IMG/VR virus record: IMGVR_UViG_3300032214_000615
Source: a virus
Taxonomy: Duplodnaviria; Heunggongvirae; Uroviricota; Caudoviricetes
Strand: one strand, 5' to 3'
DNA: 64,000 nucleotides
The notes under the pieces were generated by a model. That model did no database searches. It saw only the letters and a list, made by a program, of their open reading frames with translations, and was not told the origin of the DNA. Made by a program: the position numbers and the translations under genes. Positions 55,567-64,000 of this stretch are shown here, piece by piece. Numbering within the stretch: position 1 is the stretch's first letter; each line of letters starts with the position of its first letter.

Positions 55567-56052
55567 ATGGCTACTCTTAACACTCTGTGGACTTGTGTCG
55601 GTATTACTAAGCATGTTGGCTCTAATGGCAAGGAAGTTGTCAAGGTTCGTTGTGGCGTGGATCTCGCTCGTCGCATCAAATCCAGTCAATCTGCTTCCTA
55701 TGTAAAGAGCAAGGGTGAAAAGTTGAAGGAAGTTCGCACGGACTTTGTATCGCTTCCTACTCCTATGCTGCGTTTGGACGCACTAAAGTTTGCGCTGGCT
55801 GCCCCAGACTTTCAGTCACCCAGCGATCAAGCACTGATTCAGGACGCCATTGATAGTCGCGTGCCGAAGCAGCCTCGCGAGAAGGCAAAGGCTGAAAAGA
55901 CTGTCAAGGTTCGTGCTTCTAAGAACACATCGCCTAGTCTTGATAGCATCAAGGCTCGCGTTCGCAAGACCAAGACAACGGTAGAGGATGTTCTTTCTGC
56001 TGTCGCAAGTGAGAAAATCTCGTCTGAGACTGAATCAGTATCCGCAGAATAA
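55567..56052 (+). CDS. Hypothetical Lys/Ala/Ser-rich protein (higher GC)
   Basis: 161 aa, RBS AAGGAAATG. 5'UTR carries a 10-bp inverted repeat. Confidence 0.5.
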   Translation: MATLNTLWTCVGITKHVGSNGKEVVKVRCGVDLARRIKSSQSASYVKSKGEKLKEVRTDFVSLPTPMLRLDALKFALAAPDFQSPSDQALIQDAIDSRVPKQPREKAKAEKTVKVRASKNTSPSLDSIKARVRKTKTTVEDVLSAVASEKISSETESVSAE

Positions 56053-56064
56053 TCGGTATCTAGC

Positions 56065-56301
56065 ATGAGTAGACTTTCCTCGGTTGGTCGTCAGTGGGTC
56101 AATTTTGACCCAGCAAACAAGAATCATCGTAGTTGGTATGCGAAATTTGAACGCAATAAAACGTGGGGCGGCTGTCCAGTGAGATTTGTTGTTAGTGACG
56201 ATCACGGGGATGTACTTAGCATGATTCGCGCACAACTGACTCAGTACTATATCGGCAGAGAATTTGATTTGAGTCGGCTTGACAATAAATCCGAATCCTG
56301 A
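56065..56301 (+). CDS. Hypothetical small protein
   Basis: 78 aa; its last codons (LDNKSES*) are encoded by promoter cassette 4. Confidence 0.45.
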   Translation: MSRLSSVGRQWVNFDPANKNHRSWYAKFERNKTWGGCPVRFVVSDDHGDVLSMIRAQLTQYYIGREFDLSRLDNKSES

Positions 56302-56307
56302 TATACT
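56279..56307 (+). promoter_or_regulatory. Promoter cassette 4 (TTGACA-N17-TATACT)
   Basis: 56278-56332 is identical over 55 nt to 56690-56744. Confidence 0.65.
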
Positions 56308-56336
56308 GTATTCAAGTTAGAAAACAGGAGCAATTG

Positions 56337-56501
56337 ATGAGCACTTTCGTTTTTAGAAGCCCGCAAAGCGAGGTTCGTGTCACTGTGATTGCTGCCGATC
56401 ATGCCCGTGCTACACAGGAGTTGGTACAGCGTCTTGAGCACCTTGAACAGATGGGCATCGTGATCAGCCCTGAAGATTTTGAATTGGTAAGTGCCTACTA
56501 A
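56337..56501 (+). CDS. Hypothetical small protein
   Basis: 54 aa, RBS CAGGAG, preceded by cassette 4. Confidence 0.4.
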   Translation: MSTFVFRSPQSEVRVTVIAADHARATQELVQRLEHLEQMGIVISPEDFELVSAY

Positions 56502-56511
56502 GGAGTACACG

Positions 56512-56682
56512 ATGAAAACCTGGGAAATCTGTGTAGAGGATGGACCACATCAATGCTTTTATGTAGAGGCACAGGCCCGCACTCTTGATGAGGCTATCCA
56601 CAAAGTTCGGAGTGATATGAAAAAGCAGAAGCCTTGGCTTCATATCCTGATTAGTCACGCCGCCTGTAGAGAAATCAAATAA
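56512..56682 (+). CDS. Hypothetical small protein
   Basis: RBS AAGGAG before ATG 56512. Confidence 0.4.
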   Translation: MKTWEICVEDGPHQCFYVEAQARTLDEAIHKVRSDMKKQKPWLHILISHAACREIK

Positions 56683-56690
56683 CCTTCCAC

Positions 56691-56719
56691 TTGACAATAA
56701 ATCCGAATCCTGATATACT
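56691..56719 (+). promoter_or_regulatory. Promoter cassette 5 (TTGACA-N17-TATACT)
   Basis: Identical to cassette 4 over 55 nt. Confidence 0.65.
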
Positions 56720-56748
56720 GTATTCAAGTTAGAAAACAGGAGCACAAG

Positions 56749-56973
56749 ATGAAGGTCACAATCAATCCGTTCCAAACTCGTCAAATCGGTAGCAACATTG
56801 TTGAGGTGTGGGTTGGTACTCCGGGCGAGGCAGAAAGCGAATTTGTCTGCTCCGTTGGTATCAACCTCGTGCCCCAACTGATTGCCACACTGCGGAAGAT
56901 TGAGGGCAAGCGAAAGCCTATTGATCCCCGAGATAAACTGATCAAGTCTGTGGATATCATTGGAGATAGATAA
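56749..56973 (+). CDS. Hypothetical small protein
   Basis: 74 aa, RBS CAGGAG, preceded by cassette 5. Confidence 0.45.
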   Translation: MKVTINPFQTRQIGSNIVEVWVGTPGEAESEFVCSVGINLVPQLIATLRKIEGKRKPIDPRDKLIKSVDIIGDR

Positions 56974-57206
56974 TGAACGAACGAATCTTTGAACTGGCCA
57001 ACAAGGCTGGATTTGAAAATGGGCATCAGGATCGCAACGGCAATTCATTATCAGGTGAATTAGAAAAGTTCGCCGAGTTGTTGATTCGGGAATGTATCGA
57101 ACAATGCGAAAAGCAAGAGTATGACTACTGGCGTGCTCCGGAAGATCAAGAATTCACGCCGCAGGATTGTGCTGATGCGCTTGCTCGACATTTTGGAGTG
57201 AAATGA
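56973..57206 (+). CDS. MNERI-family small protein (paralog 2)
   Basis: MNERIFELANKAG...EKFAELLIRECIEQCEK. Confidence 0.5.
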   Translation: MNERIFELANKAGFENGHQDRNGNSLSGELEKFAELLIRECIEQCEKQEYDYWRAPEDQEFTPQDCADALARHFGVK

Positions 57207-57475
57207 TGATGGAACGAATTAAAGAACTTGCCGAGCAGGCTGGTATGACCGACGATAAGTTTGGTATGTTCTTTGCCAAAGACAAGCACGATGAAGACGG
57301 TGTTGACTTGGAAAAGTTCGCTCGGTTGATTGCCAAAGAATGTGCGGTTTTGGCTATGACCGAACACCATAGCACCAGTCCTGCTGAATACGAGGAGATG
57401 GAGCCATACGAGCAAGGCTGCGATGATACTGCTAGTGCCATCAGCGGCAAGATCCGTAGAATTTTCGGAGTTTAA
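57203..57475 (+). CDS. MNERI-family small protein (paralog 3, diverged)
   Basis: MMMERIKELAEQAG...EKFARLIAKECA. Confidence 0.45.
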   Translation: MMMERIKELAEQAGMTDDKFGMFFAKDKHDEDGVDLEKFARLIAKECAVLAMTEHHSTSPAEYEEMEPYEQGCDDTASAISGKIRRIFGV

Positions 57476-57477
57476 GA

Positions 57478-57663
57478 ATGAAAGCAGAATTTGAAATGAC
57501 CTTGTTTGATGACGAGGAAACAGCAAAGAACTTGCCAATCCTGAATCGTCTCGAAGCATTGTTTGATCACTCTAAAAACAATTTGCCCGAAGAATACTTT
57601 TGGTTCAGCGACACTTTGCCGGTGGGTTCTCGGGTAAAAATTACATTTGAGGTAATAGAATGA
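57478..57663 (+). CDS. Hypothetical small protein
   Basis: 61 aa ORF. Confidence 0.35.
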   Translation: MKAEFEMTLFDDEETAKNLPILNRLEALFDHSKNNLPEEYFWFSDTLPVGSRVKITFEVIE

Positions 57664-57875
57664 TGCGTCTAGGAGCCTACGAACGAATCGCCCAAACTCT
57701 GCTGCGTGGTCAGCCCAAGCCCCAACGGTTTGCCCGTGTTTGGGAAGGTAGGCTGCTCACCGGTACAAAGAGTCTGCACCGTACCCCACAGAGCCGTCGT
57801 TGGCGAATGTTTTGGCGACTCAAGAGTCAGCGGCAGACCTCTGTTGAATTCTACTGGCAATCAAAGTCCCAGTAG
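57660..57875 (+). CDS. Hypothetical small basic protein
   Basis: 71 aa ORF, Arg-rich. Confidence 0.35.
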   Translation: MMRLGAYERIAQTLLRGQPKPQRFARVWEGRLLTGTKSLHRTPQSRRWRMFWRLKSQRQTSVEFYWQSKSQ

Positions 57876-57880
57876 TTGAC

Positions 57881-57909
57881 TTGACTAATAATAAAAAATA
57901 AACTATACT
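57881..57909 (+). promoter_or_regulatory. Sigma70-type promoter TTGACT-N17-TATACT
   Basis: Direct reading upstream of the RNA ligase gene. Confidence 0.5.
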
Positions 57910-57941
57910 ATAACATCTCAATAAACAGTTTGGAATAACTT

Positions 57942-58976
57942 ATGTACAAGAACGGTGAACGCATGATGGCTTGGATTGCCAAAATTGCTGAAGTGTCTGA
58001 TATCCCGAATGCTGATTCTATTTGCGCCTATCGTGTTGGTGGGTGGTGGGTAGTAGATAAGAAGAATGCCTACAATGTGGGTGATCTTTGCGTTTATGTA
58101 TCCATCGATTCCTGGGTACCAACCGAACTGGCACCGTTCCTGAGCAAGGGCAATGAACCTCGTGAATACAATGGGGTCAAGGGTGAACGTCTGCGAACTG
58201 TGAAGTTGCGCGGAACTACCTCACAAGGCTTGCTGCTACCACGGTTGGTTGTGCTTGACAAGGTAGGCGAGATCGCTGAAGCCCAAGATGTGACCGAACT
58301 TCTTGGCATTCAAAAGTGGGAAGCACCTGTCCCGGCTCAGTTGGCTGGTCAAGTGCGCGGTGTCTTTCCTGCGTGGGGTAAAAAGACTGATGCTGAACGG
58401 TGCCAAAACTTGACAAGTGAAATCAAGCGGGCATATGATGAAGAGGTTCAATTTGAAATCACGATCAAGCTGGACGGCACTTCTATGTCTGCTGGGGTAG
58501 GACCAGACGGAGAATTCTGTGTATGCTCACGAAATCTTTCATTGAAGTTGGATCAAATTGGCAATACTTACGTTGATGTTGCCAAGATGTATGATCTTGA
58601 GACTAAAATGAAAGGTCTTGGGCGACCATTGATGATTTCTGGCGAAATCATCGGTGAAGGAATCCAGAAGAACCAAGAAAAAATCAAAGGGCAAGATTTT
58701 TACGTGTTCAATATCTGGGATCCGATTCGAGGTGAGTATCTTTCTATGGCTGAGCGTAAGCAAATTGTTACGATTCTAGGTCTAAAGCACACTCCGGTGA
58801 TGCATGAATCGGTCACTCTACGCGAACTCGGATTGGACACTGTTGAAAAGATTCTGAAGTTTGCAGAGGGCCCGTCATTGAACGCCGTATCCCGAGAAGG
58901 AGTGGTATTCAAGTCGGTGGATGGAAAGTTTATGTTCAAGGCTGTGAGTAACGCATGGCTAGTGAAAAATGAATAA
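57942..58976 (+). CDS. ATP-dependent RNA ligase (nucleotidyltransferase superfamily; DraRnl/Rnl-like with N-terminal domain)
   Basis: Motif I EITIKLDGTS, motif III FYVFNIWD, motif IV REGVVFKS, motif V KFMFKAV. About 50% GC versus about 37% in the phage backbone. Confidence 0.6.
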   Translation: MYKNGERMMAWIAKIAEVSDIPNADSICAYRVGGWWVVDKKNAYNVGDLCVYVSIDSWVPTELAPFLSKGNEPREYNGVKGERLRTVKLRGTTSQGLLLPRLVVLDKVGEIAEAQDVTELLGIQKWEAPVPAQLAGQVRGVFPAWGKKTDAERCQNLTSEIKRAYDEEVQFEITIKLDGTSMSAGVGPDGEFCVCSRNLSLKLDQIGNTYVDVAKMYDLETKMKGLGRPLMISGEIIGEGIQKNQEKIKGQDFYVFNIWDPIRGEYLSMAERKQIVTILGLKHTPVMHESVTLRELGLDTVEKILKFAEGPSLNAVSREGVVFKSVDGKFMFKAVSNAWLVKNE

Positions 58977-58981
58977 TACAA

Positions 58982-59003
58982 AAGACTGATTAATCAGTCT
59001 TTT
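58982..59003 (+). terminator. Rho-independent terminator (perfect 20-nt palindrome AAGACTGATT/AATCAGTCTT + TTTT)
   Basis: Direct reading, immediately after the RNA ligase stop. Confidence 0.6.
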
Positions 59004-59004
59004 G

Positions 59005-59012
59005 TATAAATA
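59005..59012 (+). promoter_or_regulatory. T4-late-promoter-like TATAAATA, 19 nt upstream of the HEG start
   Basis: TTTTGTATAAATAC, the same 14-mer as at 50571-50584. Confidence 0.4.
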
Positions 59013-59030
59013 CGTTGTGGGAGAATATAT

Positions 59031-60041
59031 ATGATATTATGTCCGCAATGTAATCATTCGTCAATATCCGTGAAAGCATTTAGAAGTCACGTAGCAAAAT
59101 CACATAAGGATCTTTCTGAATTACAATCCGAGGAGATGTGTGTTTATACGATTCACGGTAAAGAGTTAGTTGATAAGATCGTTCAACAGTATGTTGATGA
59201 GCACTTCGCAATTACATCTCTACCTATTCCAATTTCAAAGTACATTACATTAATTGGTAAAAAACGTTCAGCGTCAGAGGAAAAGAAAACTAAAAGATAT
59301 AAAGCTAAAATATCCGCGACTCTAGCTGAAAGATATGGTGAAGGAATAATAAATCCGAGTCAAATTCAAGCAGTTAAAGAAGCGGTAAAATCAACAAACA
59401 TTAAAAAGCATGGTTCGTATGAAAAATATCTAGAGATAAAAAATAAAGAATTAAGCGAGGGATATAAAAGTTATATACAAAATGATGTTCTAAAAAAAGA
59501 CAGAACCTTAAAAGCGGAAAAAACATGCTTGGAAAGATACGGTCATAAAAACTTTGGGGCGGGCAAAAAGGCAAAAGACAAGAGAATAAAAACAATGTCT
59601 GAAATTATTGCCAATTGGGATTATGAAGAGAGACTTTCAAGAACAAATAATGCCAGAAACGCAGTAACTCATCGTGGAGGCTTCTCATCAAATCCAGAAA
59701 AAAGAGTCAGAGTAGCACTCGTCATTCTTGATATTGAATATATTCCAAACATTTTTCTACTCAACTATAGTTGGGACATGTTGATTGAAAACAAAATATT
59801 AATTGAGGTACAAGGAACAATGTGGCACGCTCATCCGTCAAAATATAAAGCAGATGATTTAATTATGAACAAGATACCGGCTCAGACTATATGGGATAAA
59901 GATCAGAGAAAACGAGAAATTGCAGAACACAACGGATACAAAGTTGTATACATTTGGGAACACGAAATAGATAAGCTGTCAGATTTTGAAATAATTGATT
60001 TCGTATCCGAGAGACTTAAATCAGTCAAAAATAACACTTGA
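59031..60041 (+). CDS. Third free-standing Vsr-like homing-endonuclease-family protein (zinc finger + YGxxxG repeats + Vsr-like nuclease)
   Basis: CPQCNHSSISVKAFRSHVAKSH; LAERYGEGI... / LERYGHKNFG... repeats; C-terminal ILIEVQGTMWHAHPSKYKADD...NGYKVVYIWEHE. Confidence 0.65.
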   Translation: MILCPQCNHSSISVKAFRSHVAKSHKDLSELQSEEMCVYTIHGKELVDKIVQQYVDEHFAITSLPIPISKYITLIGKKRSASEEKKTKRYKAKISATLAERYGEGIINPSQIQAVKEAVKSTNIKKHGSYEKYLEIKNKELSEGYKSYIQNDVLKKDRTLKAEKTCLERYGHKNFGAGKKAKDKRIKTMSEIIANWDYEERLSRTNNARNAVTHRGGFSSNPEKRVRVALVILDIEYIPNIFLLNYSWDMLIENKILIEVQGTMWHAHPSKYKADDLIMNKIPAQTIWDKDQRKREIAEHNGYKVVYIWEHEIDKLSDFEIIDFVSERLKSVKNNT

Positions 60042-60066
60042 CAATAATACTTTGCTTGTGTATCAT
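60038..60066 (+). promoter_or_regulatory. Sigma70-like promoter TTGACA-N17-TATCAT (GTGTATCAT context)
   Basis: CTTGACAATAAT resembles the cassette -35 block. Confidence 0.4.
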
Positions 60067-60127
60067 ATAAAGTCTCAAACAAGTTCCTGTTGCGGAACGG
60101 TGATTAATTTTTACAAGGAGAAATGAA

Positions 60128-60349
60128 ATGGAAAACGAAGTGCGTGAAGTAAATGGTTACGTTCAGAATGAACAAGGCAAGTGGGTTCTAACTGAGGCTG
60201 CTAAGGCAGAATCATTGGCACTGTATTACAGTGGCCGACTGGCATATGATCGGGAAGACACTCGTCATGCTATTGGTCGTTATAATTCAGTAGGAGAGAT
60301 TATTCCCTTTCAACCTTGGCCTTCTAAGACTGTAAGTGCTTCTGAGTAA
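60128..60349 (+). CDS. Hypothetical small protein
   Basis: 73 aa, RBS AAGGAG. Confidence 0.45.
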   Translation: MENEVREVNGYVQNEQGKWVLTEAAKAESLALYYSGRLAYDREDTRHAIGRYNSVGEIIPFQPWPSKTVSASE

Positions 60350-60352
60350 AAC

Positions 60353-60700
60353 ATGAGTGGATATAATCTGCTAACAAAAATTCGCCGTCTTGAGGCTATT
60401 TGTGATAAAATGGGATTTATGTTATGTCATAGTAAACACGGATATCATCGTGAATTCGGTGATGTGATTGCCATCAAACCCAAGGATCAGGATAGTCTTC
60501 CGATCTACAGTCGTGACGCTGAACTTTTTGTTGGTACATTTGATCAACTTGAAATTTGGTTACAGGGTTTAATTTGGGCACGTGACTATGATCGTATGGT
60601 ATTTGGTAGTAAGCATGAATCAAATCGCGAACGTAAAGAACAAGATGTAAGAAATAAAAAATTAGTTAAAATTCTAACAGATGGAGCACAAGATGACTGA
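60353..60700 (+). CDS. Hypothetical protein
   Basis: 115 aa ORF. Confidence 0.4.
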   Translation: MSGYNLLTKIRRLEAICDKMGFMLCHSKHGYHREFGDVIAIKPKDQDSLPIYSRDAELFVGTFDQLEIWLQGLIWARDYDRMVFGSKHESNRERKEQDVRNKKLVKILTDGAQDD

Positions 60701-61094
60701 CACAATGCCAACAGGAACCATTACAGAATGGACTGATACACAATGGGATAATTTCTCATATTGGTTAGAAAATCTGTTGCGTGAGGAAGTAGTTGAGATT
60801 GTGTTTACAAAAACAGATGGCTCTCAGCGTGTGATGAATTGTACTAAGAAAAATAGTGTAATTACTGAAGGCGTAAAACTTCTAGAACAAAAGCAAGCCG
60901 CTGAAAATACAGATGAAATTCAATCTCTCAAATCAAAACGTAAGATTCCGACCAAAGTAGGGAATATTACGGTTTGGGATATTGATGCTGGCGACTGGCG
61001 TAGTTTTCGTATCCGCAGTCTTACCAATATTCTCACGCTAATTTTGAAATATGATTATCGTGAGAATCATAATTTATATGAGGTAGTTTTCTAA
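60681..61094 (+). CDS. Hypothetical protein
   Basis: 137 aa ORF. Confidence 0.4.
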   Translation: MEHKMTDTMPTGTITEWTDTQWDNFSYWLENLLREEVVEIVFTKTDGSQRVMNCTKKNSVITEGVKLLEQKQAAENTDEIQSLKSKRKIPTKVGNITVWDIDAGDWRSFRIRSLTNILTLILKYDYRENHNLYEVVF

Positions 61095-61744
61095 TGAGAT
61101 CAGAACTAGATAAACAACTATGTGAAAAGTATCCCAAGATTTTTAAAGACAGGTACGCTGATATGCGTACTACTGCCATGTGCTGGGGTTTCGAACACGG
61201 TAGTGGTTGGTTTAACATTATCGACCTTCTTTGCGGACAAATTCAAGGCCATATCGATTGGCGTAGAAAACAGAGGGCCAGAGATTTAGTGTTCAACAGA
61301 GCACTAAAACGAGCACTTGCTGGAGATAAAGATAGTCTAATCAAATACTTTTCTTACAAGGGAAAAGTTAGTGACTATACAATGAAATCTGTTGAGGATT
61401 CGATTAAAGAGGGCACTTATCGAGATGTTCCTGAAAAAATTTATCAAGTAGTTGCTAGTCAGATTAAAGAAAAGTTTGGCACACTGAGATTTTATTATAA
61501 CGGTGGTGATGAATATATTCACGGTCTTGTTGCTATGGCCGAGACGATGAGTGCTCGTACTTGCGAATCGTGTGGTGCTCCTGCTAAATCAACTAACAAC
61601 GGTTGGATCACTACCATGTGTCAACCTTGTATTGATTCTAGAGAAGAACGTAGACAACAAGCACTTGACGAATATAATGCTAAACACGAAGATGTTTATC
61701 AAAAAATGAAAGATGATACTCATCGTCCAGAAGGAGTTGACTAA
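61094..61744 (+). CDS. Hypothetical protein with C-terminal zinc ribbon (CESCG...CQPC)
   Basis: 216 aa ORF. Confidence 0.4.
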   Translation: MRSELDKQLCEKYPKIFKDRYADMRTTAMCWGFEHGSGWFNIIDLLCGQIQGHIDWRRKQRARDLVFNRALKRALAGDKDSLIKYFSYKGKVSDYTMKSVEDSIKEGTYRDVPEKIYQVVASQIKEKFGTLRFYYNGGDEYIHGLVAMAETMSARTCESCGAPAKSTNNGWITTMCQPCIDSREERRQQALDEYNAKHEDVYQKMKDDTHRPEGVD

Positions 61745-61790
61745 TATTCAATCATAGTGTATACTATCATCTATTGAATAAAGGAATTAT

Positions 61791-63113
61791 ATGTCCGCAA
61801 TCTGGATCAAAAATCTCAATGAGTCCGATAGTCGTCTACACAAAGAAGATGTGCTGCGCAAGGTTCTAAGCGCCGCCACATTGGGTGATTACGATAGTCA
61901 AGTGTTCTTGGGTCTAGTCAACGCAACTTACAATCCCATGATTACTTGGGGTATTAAACAAGTTTACGATACGACAGGGATCATTGATGCAGAAAATCCT
62001 TGGAATGAATTTAACGATCTACTGAATCAACTACGGCTACGTAAACTTACTGGTAATGCTGCACGTGATGCTATTGCAGCTATGAGTCTACGTTTTAACA
62101 GTGATGATTGGAATCTATTCTGTGCTGCTGTACTTCGTAAGGATTTACGCGCGGGCATTAGTGACAAGACTATCAACAAAGTCTGTAAAGGCACAAAATA
62201 TGAAGTGCCTGTATTTAGTTGTCAACTTGCTACAAGTTGTGAAGATCGTCCAGAAATGAGTGGAGTAAAACGGCTTGAGCCCAAGCTTGATGGCGTTCGT
62301 GTGCTTATGATGTGTATTATTGGACAAGATAGCACAATAGTTACTAGCTACAGTCGTAATGGTAAGATTTTTGAAAACTTTAGTCACATTGAGCTAGAAC
62401 TTGAAGATGTGATTCATCGTATTGCTGGACTTAGCGGACATACAAGCTTTATTTTGGACGGAGAAGTAGTTGGTAACTCGTTTCAAGAGTTGATGCGTCA
62501 AGCGCGACGTAAGGAAAACGCACAAGCTGATGATAGTGTATTTCACGTGTTTGACTTTATTCCACTAGATGATTTCGTTCGTGGAAGTTGTAATATTCCA
62601 CTCAAGCGACGATTGATGATTCTGGAAAAGATTCGCGGCGTTCTAGGTCAGCTTTCTTCTGTTGCTTTGCTTCCTAGTATTGAAGTAAATCTAGACACTG
62701 CTCTTGGTAGAGAACAGTTGGATCGCTACGCAAATGATCAAGTCAGTGCTGGATTTGAGGGCATCATGGTCAAAAATCTTGATGCTCCATATGAGTGTAA
62801 GCGTAATACGTTTTGGTTGAAATGGAAGCCGGTAATTACAGTTGATTTGGAGATTGTGAGTGTTGAAGAAGGCACTGGTCGTAATGCTGGTAGGCTAGGA
62901 GCACTAGTGTGTTCCGGTGTAGACAACGATAAATCTATCACAGTAAACGTTGGTAGTGGGTTTAGTGACGCTGATCGTGACAACTACTGGGTTAACGCTA
63001 GTGTTGTTATTGGCCGCACTGCTGAAATTATGTGTGATGCTATTACTCAAAACCAAAACGGAACATACTCACTTCGTTTCCCGCGTTTCGTTAGATTTCG
63101 CGAGGACAAATGA
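61791..63113 (+). CDS. ATP-dependent DNA ligase
   Basis: Motif I LEPKLDGVRV (KxDGxR), motif III ILDGEVV, motif IV FEGIMVKN, motif V WLKWKP. Confidence 0.75.
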   Translation: MSAIWIKNLNESDSRLHKEDVLRKVLSAATLGDYDSQVFLGLVNATYNPMITWGIKQVYDTTGIIDAENPWNEFNDLLNQLRLRKLTGNAARDAIAAMSLRFNSDDWNLFCAAVLRKDLRAGISDKTINKVCKGTKYEVPVFSCQLATSCEDRPEMSGVKRLEPKLDGVRVLMMCIIGQDSTIVTSYSRNGKIFENFSHIELELEDVIHRIAGLSGHTSFILDGEVVGNSFQELMRQARRKENAQADDSVFHVFDFIPLDDFVRGSCNIPLKRRLMILEKIRGVLGQLSSVALLPSIEVNLDTALGREQLDRYANDQVSAGFEGIMVKNLDAPYECKRNTFWLKWKPVITVDLEIVSVEEGTGRNAGRLGALVCSGVDNDKSITVNVGSGFSDADRDNYWVNASVVIGRTAEIMCDAITQNQNGTYSLRFPRFVRFREDK

Positions 63114-63361
63114 AAATAAAATCAGCAAATGGTCTAACTGGGTGTCTAATCTACTGTGCCGATCAAGTGTATAGGATAAGAATCTACGCTGATGGTGGTG
63201 ACTTCATAGACTACGACATTCAGCACAACGATCTGCTCTTCACTATATGCGATGAAGACGCATATCTATACAGCAATAATGATCGCTTTTGGATAGATCA
63301 CTCTACAGAAACTCTTGGACTTAACAATGAAAATAGCCATAGCGTCGGATCTTCATCTTGA
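63110..63361 (+). CDS. Hypothetical small protein
   Basis: 83 aa, coupled to the ligase. Confidence 0.35.
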   Translation: MKIKSANGLTGCLIYCADQVYRIRIYADGGDFIDYDIQHNDLLFTICDEDAYLYSNNDRFWIDHSTETLGLNNENSHSVGSSS

Positions 63362-64000
63362 GATGGCGGATCTAAATCTTCAAAACACTGAAAACGCAGA
63401 TGTATTGATTTTGGCCGGCGATATCTTGGTTGCTAACGATCTACATGACCACCCAAAGCCAGAAACACCATATCCACCTGGCATCATCAAAACACTAGGT
63501 AGTCGCCAGCGTAAGGCACAGGAGTACCGTGACTTCATCAGTAGATGTGCATTTGAGTTTCCGCATGTGATTGCGATTGCAGGCAATCATGAGTTCTATC
63601 ATGGCAAGTGGATTCAAAGTGTCCAAACTTTACGTGATGAGTATGGAATGTATCCTAATGTGCATTTCCTTGAACGTGACATCTTCACATTAGATGATGT
63701 TACTTTTGTAGGGGGTACATTGTGGACGGACATGAACAACTATGACCCACTTACATTACATGCAGTCAGTGATATGATGAACGATTATCGCATGATTAGG
63801 CATGATGGATTAGGTTATACTAAACTACGTCCTGCACATACGGTTCTAAGGCATCGTGATACATTGAGCTACTTCAAAACGGTAATCGATGATCGTAAGG
63901 ATAGTAAGATTGTGGTGGTAAGTCACATGGCTCCATCTTACCAAAGTATCCACGAAAATTATCGTAATGATAAAATAATGAATGGCGCCTATTACACTGA
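63342..64000 (+). CDS. Calcineurin-like metallophosphoesterase (3'-truncated by the window end)
   Basis: MKIAIASDLHLE (motif I DxH), VLILAGDIL (GD), IAIAGNHEF (GNHE); continues to the window edge. Confidence 0.65.

Noticed and set aside
52434-56748. A CRISPR array suggested by the repeated about 55-nt element
   Set aside because: The copies are 400-2700 nt apart and each contains a complete sigma70 promoter, RBS and start codon. There is no regular repeat-spacer periodicity.

Overview
Most likely a segment of a large, AT-rich virulent dsDNA phage of a bacterium. T4-like replication genes are clearly recognisable (RNase H/FEN, family-B DNA polymerase, UvdE, DNA and RNA ligases), and the promoters are of the TTGACA-N17-TATAAT type. 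Left to right the window holds the following. (1) A virion/adsorption module (18-13100): a giant FG-GAP beta-propeller protein, three tandem fiber genes built from Ig-like (He_PIG-type) repeats, one ending in an LCCL domain and a C-terminal Hint (bacterial-intein-like) domain, and a subtilisin-like S8 protease with an Ig-like tail. (2) An ABC-ATPase::GNAT fusion and envelope-targeted small proteins. (3) An about 10 kb cluster of large multidomain 'polyvalent'-type proteins with ParB-like nuclease motifs, a thrice-repeated about 150 aa module and at least 14 copies of an in-frame QDV(A/T)E(D/G)SLNE peptide motif, which I interpret as prohead-protease processing sites. Dps and a Pnk-like kinase sit within this cluster. 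(4) An amidoligase-GGCT / kinase-like / HExxH / deaminase cluster, with a second amidoligase paralog 14 kb away. (5) A fractured family-B DNA polymerase gene in three pieces, the last junction being a trans-splicing split intein inside the YGD|TDS motif; free-standing Vsr-like homing-endonuclease genes sit in both gaps and a third copy lies at 59 kb. (6) UvdE, T4-type RNase H, an SPFH lipoprotein and many small ORFs. (7) A hyperplastic early region (50-58 kb) of small genes, five of them driven by near-identical promoter/5'UTR cassettes and several with clearly higher GC. (8) RNA ligase, ATP-dependent DNA ligase and a metallophosphoesterase. Domain calls come from motifs read directly in the translations; no database search was possible. 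I found no CRISPR array, and no rRNA or tRNA was recognised by eye.
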